A stretch of DNA of 64,000 nt from an uncultured Alphaproteobacteria bacterium (GTDB taxonomy: Bacteria; Electryoneota; RPQS01). Positions within the stretch are counted from its first letter, which is position 1, and each line of letters opens with the position of its first letter. The stretch covers positions 1 through 64,000 of the forward strand of contig CAYUIF010000002.1 in NCBI GenBank assembly GCA_964444755.1, given 5' to 3'. Both the position numbers and the translations under genes were made by a program. Positions 9,624 through 18,315 of the stretch are shown piece after piece. The notes under the pieces are model-generated. The model was not told the DNA's origin. It saw nothing but the letters and a program-made list of their open reading frames with translations, and did no database searches.

Positions 9624-9732
9624 GGGTCTGATTTGAACGGATGTTCCTTTATAAATGTAGATTTTGACAACGAAAATTAACAAGAATGTTCCAAAGCTTG
9701 ATCTACCCCCATTTTCTACCAAGTGCAATGTT

Positions 9733-9788
9733 ACACTTCCCTGCTTTCGGAGTAGTGTAGCAGATCTGGAAGCAGGGGGCACGGTTGT
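9733..9788. repeat. Conserved hairpin element, copy 1 (ACACTT / 8-bp stem / GTAGTGTAGC loop / GGCACGGTTGT)
   Basis: It is shared with 36445..36507. The stem sequences differ (CCCTGCTT/AAGCAGGG here versus CCAGCTTC/GAAGCTGG there) but both remain paired. Confidence 0.4.
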
Positions 9789-9799
9789 CGCGGGTGCGG

Positions 9800-10310
9800 G
9801 GGCTGGTAGCTTAGGGAGCTATGCGATCTAACCGTATGGTAAGGCACCCGCCACTGTGCAATGACGATCTGCGCTTACGCAGCGTGTCGAAGATCTTGCC
9901 TTTCCAGAACAGCTTCAACCGGACGTTGAGGCTCTCCACATACCCGTTTTCCCCGGGACTGCCCGGCGTGATAAAAGCGTCTGTACTTCCAGCCGCAGCC
10001 GAAGGCACGATCCATCATTCCGCCACAGCCGTCGGCGCTTGGGATGCTTCGCCGGAACTTTCAGTCCCGCTTCCTTAGCTCCGCCACCACCCGCTTCTGC
10101 CGACTGTTCTCCAGCTCCAGATCTTTCAATCGCTTGGCCTAGTCCAACCCCAGCCCACCGCACTCGCGCCAACAGTGGTAGTAGGTGTGCTCATGAATCT
10201 GAAGCTTCCGGCACACCTCCCGAACTATCGTTCCCTGTCCGATCTCCACTTCCGCTTCCCGAAGCATTGGAATAATCCGCTCTGCCTTGTACTTAGCTTG
10301 TCCCATAAGC
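9800..10310 (-). mobile_element. Degraded IS3-family insertion sequence remnant (orfA N-terminal fragment with an in-frame stop, plus an orfB C-terminal fragment)
   Basis: On the minus strand, an ATG at 10306 with a GGAGGAG site opens 'MGQAKYKAERIIPMLREAEVEIGQGTIVREVCRKLQIHEHTYYHCWRECGGLGLD*AKRLKDLELENSRQKRVVAELRKRD', an IS3 OrfA HTH plus leucine zipper interrupted by TAG. Further along, 'SPGENGYVESLNVRLKLFWKGKIFDTLRKRRSSLHSGG' matches the C-terminus of an IS3 OrfB integrase core. The DDE core is missing. Confidence 0.5.
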
Positions 10311-10687
10311 TCCTCCGAATTGGATGATATATCACTTCTCTCTAACTTGCAAGTGGTACCAATTTCGGAGGCAAATCACGACATCACCTTCGTCGTGAAG
10401 ATACCGGTAACGAAGATCCGCAAACACGATCCCAGATCGCACCTTATTCCCGTTGCGCAAAGTATGCCATTTGTGCTGACGACATACAATCACACGATGT
10501 ACTAAGAACGGGGTCAGACCAATTTCCATTTTCCCTCAATTAGCCGCAACAATACTGACCACACCAGCCGCAAGCATTATGCTGTAAGTGGTTGAAATCA
10601 ATTGCCAAATTATTCTATTTTCGATTATATAGCAAAATTTACCCAACCGAAAAAAAATCGTTAATTTTTTCAAAACCTGAATATGGA

Positions 10688-10716
10688 TTGACAAGACCTT
10701 ATTTGTGGTGTATATT
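10688..10716 (+). promoter_or_regulatory. Consensus sigma70-like promoter (TTGACA-17-TATATT) with a roughly 115-nt leader for giant gene 1
   Basis: The match is exact and sits in an AT-rich region upstream of 10831. Confidence 0.5.
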
Positions 10717-10830
10717 CCAAAAAACTGTGATCTTTTGAAATTTAACGTTTCGATGTTATAAGAAAACAAGTAATACGAAATTAAATTACCGGTCCTTGAC
10801 CCACGCAAGTGGAGAAAAGAGAGATGAGGC

Positions 10831-13800
10831 ATGAGTAAGACCAAGTATTTGGTTCTGGCAGGCGGGCTTTTGTTGGCGTTTCTGCTCGTAGGGCACCTCG
10901 CGTTGAATGCGGCTGGTGTCGGGCCAACGGTGATAGACAAGCCGGGGTCGAAGATTAGCAAAACACTCGACTCCAAGAATTCCTCGCCAGTCATTTCTGC
11001 TGAGGAGCTTGAGGCCAAGGCGGCTGAAGAGGCACAGTACGGAACTGCCAGCCGCTCGTATCTTAGCCCCGAGCTCCGGAAGGAACTGGAAGAAACGGCT
11101 CGGCTGGCCGGTATGGAGCCGTTTCAGATCGGGGAGTTTTCCGACCTCGAACTAATGGCCGCGCTTAGAAATGTACCAAGCACTTCTAAATCGGTCACGA
11201 GTGAACAAGCGGAAATCGCCGCTTCCGATGAGGATCCCGAAGCTGCAAAGAGAATGTATGAACTTCTGGAATTAGAAAAGGGAGTTCGATCCGGCGCATC
11301 CGGAACGTTAGATGAACCGCAAAGTCCATTAAGCGGACCGGAGCAAAGAGACCTTTTAGAGTCTCGCGAATCGGGCAAGACTGAAACCGAAAGGCCCGAG
11401 TTCGAGGTTGAGACCGTATCGGAAGAACCGATTGAAGCACCGACGATGGACAACTCCATCGAGGGAATACTTGCTCGGATTGCGGCCGGTGAAGAGATTT
11501 CCGCGTACGAGAAGGAATTGCTTAATCGGCATTTTGAAAATGAAGGATATTATAATCACGGATCCGAAGGCTCGTTGGACAACGTCGGTGGACCGGATGC
11601 CGGCGGATATTCCTTCGTGGACAACGTCGCACCGGATACAGCCACGTACGATTGGATCGAATTAAAAGGCGATCCTCAGGCAACATTCCTGACCCAAAGC
11701 GGTACCGACGGCGGTATCTCATGGTTTAACCTTGGATTCAGCTTCCCCTTCTATGATGTCCTGCGGGATTCCGTCTGCGTCAGCAATGACGGCAACCTTC
11801 AGTTCGCGACCAGCAGCACGGCCTACTCGAATGCTGCATTGCCGAGTACTGCGATAAATGGCCCCGTAATTTTCGCATTCTGGGACGACCAGAAGACAAC
11901 GGCCTTTGGCGGAACAACCAGTGATCGAATTCTCTATCGGAATTTCGCTGATTACACCGTGGTTGAATGGGACTCTTTGGTGCATTACTCAACGACTTGC
12001 GATAGCATGGCGTTGAAGTACGAAGTGATCTTGTACAACAGCGGCAAGATCAAAATGCAATACAATGTTATTGCATCGGAAGGAACTTGCGACAGCTCGG
12101 TCACCGTCGGCATCCAGTCTAACGGTGCGGCCGGCAGCCCTGCACTCCAGTACTGCTATGGATCTTCCGGAACGAACTTCACCGGACCGCATCCGGCCGC
12201 TGGGCGGGCAATTTGGTTCTACCCGGTGGCCTACACCAATAATTTCGCCACCGCGGCAATCACCAGCCCGTCAGGAACCGGAGTTTACGGACCTTCTTCA
12301 GAGTTGACGGTTTCCGCGACCTTTGTGAATGCCGGATCCGCGACTCAAACTGCACCGGTAAAATACAGTTTCAATGGCGGGGCAACAATCGAAGAAACCT
12401 CCGCTAATCTGGTTCAGTGGGCTTCCGATCCACATACGTTTGCCACCACCATCACCACTCCCGCAATAACCGGAAGTTATCCGTTGACGGTGTGGTGCGA
12501 CTTAGCGACCGATGAGAATCGCGCGAACGACACGCTGCGGATCAATGTCAATGTATTTACCGGAGGCAGCTGCGATAGTCCGATTATCCTTGCTTCGGGG
12601 ATCGGCACAGACAGCGCGACCTATAATAACTGCGGCGCCGGCCACAATGACCCCGGAATTCCGTGTAACACGAATTCCTATGACGATATGGTGTTCCAGA
12701 AATCCGTGGATCCGGGTCATACCGTCACCTTCTGGATCAGCAGTCTAACTTGGGTTTCCAAATACCCTGGGTTGACCCTGCGGTGGGGTGGAGCCTGTCC
12801 GGGAACCAATGTGGTGGACTGCATTGCAACCAGCACATCGTCTCAATACTACAAGCATTTTACGTGGACAAACTCGACCGGTTCAACGCAGAATGTGTAT
12901 TTTGTAGTCGGCCACTACTCCGGAACAACGTCTTCCTATTGCGGCGACTTCAAGCTGGCATGGAAAGATCAAGTTTGCGCGGCGGTGGATCCACCCTTGA
13001 ACCAAGGATTTGAGTCTGTACCGGCGATTCCGATTCTTCCCAATTGTTGGACCCAGGAAAATCCGAACGGCATTTCGCCGGTATGGGAAAGCTACGGAAC
13101 CAATCCGCGTACGGGAACTCGTTGCGGTACAATCAGTAGTGTGGCGGCAGGTAACGATGACTGGCTGTTCTCGCCCGGCATCAATATGGAAGAAGGCCGT
13201 GAATACTTCGTAAAGTATTGGCGGCGGGTGGGTTCGGCCACCTATCCCGATTCCATGGAAGTGATGGCGGGCTTAGCGCCGACAGCAGCCGCGATGAACA
13301 TTTCCGTCGCGGCAATGGACACCAGCATGAGCACCGTTTATGTCCAGAAACTGGGCGGCTTCACAGCTCCGACCTCCGATGTCTATTATATCGGTTGGCA
13401 CAACGTAACCAGCCGCAACAGCTCCACCCCCCGGACTTATATTGACGACATCGAAATTGACGCCTCCACCGAATGCACCGGGGGCGAAGTGACGGTCACC
13501 AGTGTCGTCGGTGAGAATGAGGCAACACTGAACGCAGTGTTAAGCGGCGGTTGGTCCGGTGGCGTACCCCGCTATCAATGGTACACCGGAGTAGATTGTG
13601 TCAACGGGAACCAGATTCCCGGCGAGACCCTATCCTCGTTTACCACCACGACATCCGGCACGTACTCCTGCCGGGTCTATATTATCGACTCGCTGACCTG
13701 CGTGGACTGCGACAGCGCGATTGCCACAGTCATTGACTGCGGTGCAGGAACGTATGGATTTTCCGAAGGCTTCGAGTTAGTCGCCACTCCAAATCTCCCG

Positions 13801-16800
13801 CTATGCTGGCTACAGCAGAACCTCGACACCTACACCTACACGTGGAACACCTATACAACAACTCCCCATAGCGGGTTGATCTGCGCCAGAGTGTACGGCT
13901 ATGTGTCCGGCGGCGGCGCTCCGAACGACTGGCTCCTCTCGCAGGCCGTAGTACTGTCGTCCGACACCACGTATCTTCTGGGCTATTGGGTCCGGCTGTC
14001 CAGCAGCAGCTATACTCTCAATTTGGGAGTGTATGCCGGAACGACTCAAGACAACACGGCGATGACCACTACTCTGGAAACGGAGTACCAGGTGACCAAT
14101 ACGGAATGGGGATACCATGAAGTGTCGTTTACGCCACCTTCATCGGGACTCTATTACATAGGATGGCAAGCTACTGCCGCCGCCTCCCAGTCCGGATATA
14201 TCTATCTGGATGACATCGCACTATGGCCACAAGGAGCCTGTACGCCACCGTCCTCGGTGACCGTTAATGCGGCAACCGGTGCGGATTCCGCAAAACTGGA
14301 AGCCGTTGCCTTAGGCGGTACCGGCGGTGCCTACGAATACCAATGGTACACGGGAATTGACTGCCAGACCGGGAATGAAATCGTGGGCGCAAACACCGAC
14401 TCGTTGTGGGTGTTCAGCTCCGGCTCCTATTCGTGCAAGGTGTGGATCGTTGACGATGTAGACTGCGCACTTTGTGACTCCGGCTATGCCGATGTTATTG
14501 ACTGCGATGTGCCGCTTACGCTGCCGATCAATGAAGGCTTTGAAACTACAACCGGAACGTTACTCCCGACCTGCTGGATTGCCGAAGACGTCAATGGCGA
14601 CGGTCGCCCGTGGCGGACTAACACGGTCTATCCACGTACCGGCGCCCGCTATGCATACAACCAGTACAGTACCGGAACGGCCACCGACGACTGGATGTTC
14701 ACCCGCGGTATTGCCCTCACGGCCAATGACACCATCGTGGTGGACTACTGGTATCGTTGTTCCATCTCATCCTCATCTTATACCGAGTCCCTCGAACTCA
14801 TGGCCGGGACGGCACCGACCGCCGCATCCATGACCGCAATCGTTGACACCAACTTCATCTTCAGTCAGGTGGCAACGTACACGCAGCGTTCGGGTCTGTT
14901 TGTAGTGCCCGCCACCGGAACTTATTATTTCGGCTGGCACGCCGGTTATCTGATCAATCAGGGCGGTGTGTGCGTTGACGATATCGCCATTTACGAATAC
15001 GGCAACTGTGGCGCCCCTGCTGTGAACGTACCCGCAGCCGCCAGCCAGACCTTTGTCACTCTGACCTGCAACACTACCGGAGGTTACGGCGGCCCGGTGC
15101 AGTATCAGTGGTATACGGGTGAAACCTGCCTAACCGGAAACGAAATCCCCGGCGCCAATACCGCTCAATACACAACGTTCAACTCCGGAATTTTCTCATG
15201 CAAGGCGTGGTTCTACGATCCCGCTACCTGCGGCGCGTGTGACAGCGCCGAAGCCACGGTGCTCCCCGATCCATGCTTGCCGGGTCTGGTTCCGCCGGTT
15301 TACGAGCCGTTGGCCAGTTCCGGTTTGCCGACCTGTTGGTCGCAGGAAAACGGCAACGGTGACAGCTACTCTTGGAACACGAGTTCAACCTATTACTACT
15401 CATCACCGTACGCTGCCTACCTCTATACCAGCAGCACTCCGGCGAATGACTGGTTGTTCTCCGGTCCGGTCTATCTGACGCAGGACTCTACGTACCGAAT
15501 CCAATACTGGCGGCGCGCGAGTTCGACCTCCTATATGCAGACGCTGGAATTGGCGGTGGGAACCAACCGTCATAGCTCGGCGATGACGACCATTCTGCTC
15601 CCGCCCTATTCGTTCAACAACACCGGGACCGGCGCGGCCGCATTTATTCTGGACGTTGCGGAATACACGGCTCCGGCGACGGGCAGTTACTATTTCGGTC
15701 TGCATAACATTACCTCCGTTTCCAGCGGTTCAGTCTATGCCGACGATTTCCGCATCTATAAGGTCGGCGAGTGCGGCGCTCCCACGAGCGTGACGGCCGC
15801 CGCCGCAGTCGGTCCGGATTCCGCAGCACTGACGGCTACGGTGGTCGGTGGTTTCGGCGGCGAAATTCAATATCAATGGTACACCGGATTGACCTGTGAC
15901 CCATTGAATCTTATCCCGGGCGCCACCGGACAAACCTATTATGCACCGGTGTCCGGCGTGTACTCCTGCAAGGCGTATTATGTTAATGCGGAAACTTGCG
16001 GATTGTGCGACAGCGCCATGGCGACGGTGATCCCCTGCGCCACCAACCCGTACAATGATTGGCCGAATCCGTTTGTGGAAGGTTTTGAAGGACTCACCAC
16101 CCCGAATTTACCGGAATGCTGGCGGCAGCAGGATGTTAACGGTGATGCGCGGGTCTGGGGTTCGTCCGCAAGCTATTATCGTACCGGTTCCCGTAGTGGC
16201 TATATCTCCTACAGCTTATCATCTTCCGGTTTGCCCGTGGATGACTGGATGTACACGAAGGCTCTCAGTCTGACCGCCGGCGATACGATGAATGTGGACT
16301 ACTGGTATCGCTGCGCTCTGACGAGTTCCAGCTATACAGAGGCTCTTGAAGTACTTGCCGGTACCGGAGCGCGAGCGGACTTAATGTCCATCGAAGTGGA
16401 TCCGCTCTTCACGTTTAGCGCCGTGAGTACTCATCAGCTACATCAGGCGTATTTTGTCGTTCCGACGACCGGTACCTACTTTGTTGGATGGCACTGCCTA
16501 AGCGCCAATAACCAAGGCGGAATCGCCGTTGACGATATCACCATCTATAAGCGCGGAACCTGTACGGCTCCGACGATTGACGTCCCGGCGATATCGTATC
16601 CGGCGTGGGCGACTCTGACGGCGACGGCTTCGGGTGGTTTCGGCAGTGCAATCCAGTACCAATGGTACACCGGCACAGACTGTGTCCCCGGCAATGAAAT
16701 TGCCGGCGCCACGACCAATCAGTACACCACATTGGTCAGCGGCGTCTTCTCCTGCCGGGCGTCACGTGATTCGTGCGGTGTTTGTGATTCGGCGGAAGCC

Positions 16801-18102
16801 ACCGTCACGATTCCGCAAGCGGGCGAAATCTGTTCCAATGCCCTTACGTTAACACTGCCGGCCAGCAATGACTCGACCGTCGTTTCGGGAACAACCGTGG
16901 GCTTCTACTCGCATTGTCCGGAAATCTGCGGAGACGCTCAGTCCTATGGTCCCGATCTGTTCTATACGATGACGATCCCCGGCAGCGGCGATGCCGATTG
17001 CCGCCGCCTGGCTTTTGCCTTGTCCGGCGCTTACGATCCGTTCCTCGTCATCTATGACGGCTTAGATAACTGCTGCAACACGGCGCTGTACTGCAACGAT
17101 GATCATGGACTATTCTCCCCGCTCCCGCCATGGGATGTTGCGGGACAGCACCCCCTCGTTGACCAGGAATCATACATTGCTGCGGAACTCTATCCGGGAA
17201 CTTATTTGATTCGGGTCGCAGGTTGGATAGACTCGAGCGGCGCATACACTCTGAAGGTTTATGACAACGGCCCGTGCTTCGATCCGTGCGATCCGGCCGA
17301 AAACCTGACCGTTTACTTGTCCCCAACCGATCCGACGAAGATGTGGCTGCGCTTCGATGCAAATGCTCTCGGAACGTATAAGATCTTCAGCACGTTGGTC
17401 AAGAATAACGACGGTGATCCCGACAACGGAGAAGATCCGGATTGGTCGCTGGATACCACGATTGAAGTGACGACCATCGGTGTGGTGACGTGGACTGATC
17501 TACGGACATGGGTTGCCTATCGCAACTACGCCGTGATGCACGACTGCCCGGTGATCGGCCGTTGCTGCTACGGAGACCTAACGGATCCTGATTGTGAAGA
17601 CAACACACTACCCGAGTGTGACGCTCTTATGGGCGTCTGGAATCGCTACTTGCGCTGTACTACCGATCCTTGTCCGGTGAGCGGAGCCGGTGAAACATGC
17701 GAAACCGCAATTTACATCCCGTCGTTCCCGTACTCAACGGGAGACGTTTCAACGGCCGGCTTCGCGAATGACTACCAGTTGCCGGTGGACGAAGGTGTTC
17801 CGCAGTGTCTTCCGTCTTATCCGTGGTATTACACCCAGTATAACGACGTTTTGTACCGGATCGTTTTGACCACAACGACGAGCCTCCAATTCACCTTAGT
17901 TCAACCGGGTTGGGGAAGCTTGACGATTCACACGGCTTGCCCGGCATCGGGAACCTGCATCGGCGGTGTGAAAAGCCCGACGGCCGGTACCTTGGTATCG
18001 CCTTGTTATACTCTCGCGGCTGGCACGTACTTCGTGATGATCGACAGCTGGACGTCAGCGCCGATAGATTATTCCATGAGCATCGACGTTTGCACGCCAT
18101 AA
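10831..18102 (+). CDS. Giant secreted multidomain protein (2423 aa). It has an acidic N-terminal region, one NIDO-like domain, five tandem modules of about 250 aa and two C-terminal PPC-like domains. No T9SS C-terminal sorting domain was seen.
   Basis: A signal peptide is present. The NIDO-like domain reads 'FSFPFYDVLRDSVCVSNDGNLQF...VIFAFWDDQ...'. The repeated modules read 'LP-CW-QEN-NG...NDWLF...YWRR...AGT' plus the Cys module 'GG-GG...QYQWYTG-DC..GN-I-G...SG-YSC...C..CDSA-A-V'. The C-terminal PPC-like segments read 'FYTMTIPGSGD...LVIYDG...GTYLIRVAGW...YTLKVY'. Confidence 0.85.
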   Translation: MSKTKYLVLAGGLLLAFLLVGHLALNAAGVGPTVIDKPGSKISKTLDSKNSSPVISAEELEAKAAEEAQYGTASRSYLSPELRKELEETARLAGMEPFQIGEFSDLELMAALRNVPSTSKSVTSEQAEIAASDEDPEAAKRMYELLELEKGVRSGASGTLDEPQSPLSGPEQRDLLESRESGKTETERPEFEVETVSEEPIEAPTMDNSIEGILARIAAGEEISAYEKELLNRHFENEGYYNHGSEGSLDNVGGPDAGGYSFVDNVAPDTATYDWIELKGDPQATFLTQSGTDGGISWFNLGFSFPFYDVLRDSVCVSNDGNLQFATSSTAYSNAALPSTAINGPVIFAFWDDQKTTAFGGTTSDRILYRNFADYTVVEWDSLVHYSTTCDSMALKYEVILYNSGKIKMQYNVIASEGTCDSSVTVGIQSNGAAGSPALQYCYGSSGTNFTGPHPAAGRAIWFYPVAYTNNFATAAITSPSGTGVYGPSSELTVSATFVNAGSATQTAPVKYSFNGGATIEETSANLVQWASDPHTFATTITTPAITGSYPLTVWCDLATDENRANDTLRINVNVFTGGSCDSPIILASGIGTDSATYNNCGAGHNDPGIPCNTNSYDDMVFQKSVDPGHTVTFWISSLTWVSKYPGLTLRWGGACPGTNVVDCIATSTSSQYYKHFTWTNSTGSTQNVYFVVGHYSGTTSSYCGDFKLAWKDQVCAAVDPPLNQGFESVPAIPILPNCWTQENPNGISPVWESYGTNPRTGTRCGTISSVAAGNDDWLFSPGINMEEGREYFVKYWRRVGSATYPDSMEVMAGLAPTAAAMNISVAAMDTSMSTVYVQKLGGFTAPTSDVYYIGWHNVTSRNSSTPRTYIDDIEIDASTECTGGEVTVTSVVGENEATLNAVLSGGWSGGVPRYQWYTGVDCVNGNQIPGETLSSFTTTTSGTYSCRVYIIDSLTCVDCDSAIATVIDCGAGTYGFSEGFELVATPNLPLCWLQQNLDTYTYTWNTYTTTPHSGLICARVYGYVSGGGAPNDWLLSQAVVLSSDTTYLLGYWVRLSSSSYTLNLGVYAGTTQDNTAMTTTLETEYQVTNTEWGYHEVSFTPPSSGLYYIGWQATAAASQSGYIYLDDIALWPQGACTPPSSVTVNAATGADSAKLEAVALGGTGGAYEYQWYTGIDCQTGNEIVGANTDSLWVFSSGSYSCKVWIVDDVDCALCDSGYADVIDCDVPLTLPINEGFETTTGTLLPTCWIAEDVNGDGRPWRTNTVYPRTGARYAYNQYSTGTATDDWMFTRGIALTANDTIVVDYWYRCSISSSSYTESLELMAGTAPTAASMTAIVDTNFIFSQVATYTQRSGLFVVPATGTYYFGWHAGYLINQGGVCVDDIAIYEYGNCGAPAVNVPAAASQTFVTLTCNTTGGYGGPVQYQWYTGETCLTGNEIPGANTAQYTTFNSGIFSCKAWFYDPATCGACDSAEATVLPDPCLPGLVPPVYEPLASSGLPTCWSQENGNGDSYSWNTSSTYYYSSPYAAYLYTSSTPANDWLFSGPVYLTQDSTYRIQYWRRASSTSYMQTLELAVGTNRHSSAMTTILLPPYSFNNTGTGAAAFILDVAEYTAPATGSYYFGLHNITSVSSGSVYADDFRIYKVGECGAPTSVTAAAAVGPDSAALTATVVGGFGGEIQYQWYTGLTCDPLNLIPGATGQTYYAPVSGVYSCKAYYVNAETCGLCDSAMATVIPCATNPYNDWPNPFVEGFEGLTTPNLPECWRQQDVNGDARVWGSSASYYRTGSRSGYISYSLSSSGLPVDDWMYTKALSLTAGDTMNVDYWYRCALTSSSYTEALEVLAGTGARADLMSIEVDPLFTFSAVSTHQLHQAYFVVPTTGTYFVGWHCLSANNQGGIAVDDITIYKRGTCTAPTIDVPAISYPAWATLTATASGGFGSAIQYQWYTGTDCVPGNEIAGATTNQYTTLVSGVFSCRASRDSCGVCDSAEATVTIPQAGEICSNALTLTLPASNDSTVVSGTTVGFYSHCPEICGDAQSYGPDLFYTMTIPGSGDADCRRLAFALSGAYDPFLVIYDGLDNCCNTALYCNDDHGLFSPLPPWDVAGQHPLVDQESYIAAELYPGTYLIRVAGWIDSSGAYTLKVYDNGPCFDPCDPAENLTVYLSPTDPTKMWLRFDANALGTYKIFSTLVKNNDGDPDNGEDPDWSLDTTIEVTTIGVVTWTDLRTWVAYRNYAVMHDCPVIGRCCYGDLTDPDCEDNTLPECDALMGVWNRYLRCTTDPCPVSGAGETCETAIYIPSFPYSTGDVSTAGFANDYQLPVDEGVPQCLPSYPWYYTQYNDVLYRIVLTTTTSLQFTLVQPGWGSLTIHTACPASGTCIGGVKSPTAGTLVSPCYTLAAGTYFVMIDSWTSAPIDYSMSIDVCTP
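13030..16810 (+). repeat. Five tandem intragenic repeat units of about 750 nt within giant gene 1
   Basis: Five protein-level repeats pair a roughly 160-aa beta-sandwich-like domain with a roughly 90-aa four-Cys 'QYQWYTG' module. The copies are diverged, at about 40-50% amino-acid identity. Confidence 0.6.
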
Positions 18103-18133
18103 CTCCGACCGACTAACCTTAACTAATCATAAC

Positions 18134-18170
18134 GGCGATCAGTGCCAATGCACTGATCGCCGTTTTCTTA
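18134..18170 (+). terminator. Intrinsic terminator of giant gene 1
   Basis: GGCGATCAGTGC-CAAT-GCACTGATCGCC is followed by GTTTTCTT. Confidence 0.6.
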
Positions 18171-18249
18171 CCTCCAACATTGGCCTCATACTTCTACAAA
18201 TGCTGATCTTAGGAGGTTGCGGGAAATGTGGGAATAGATTGTATTGATA

Positions 18250-18278
18250 TTGACTCGTTCTAAAAAAGAGTATAGATT
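18250..18278 (+). promoter_or_regulatory. Sigma70-like promoter (TTGACT...TATAGATTAT) for giant gene 2
   Basis: It shares the 'GTATAGATTAT' -10 region with the 8138 promoter. Confidence 0.4.
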
Positions 18279-18315
18279 ATCAGATATTAGAAAACAATCA
18301 ACCTGAGGAATTTCC

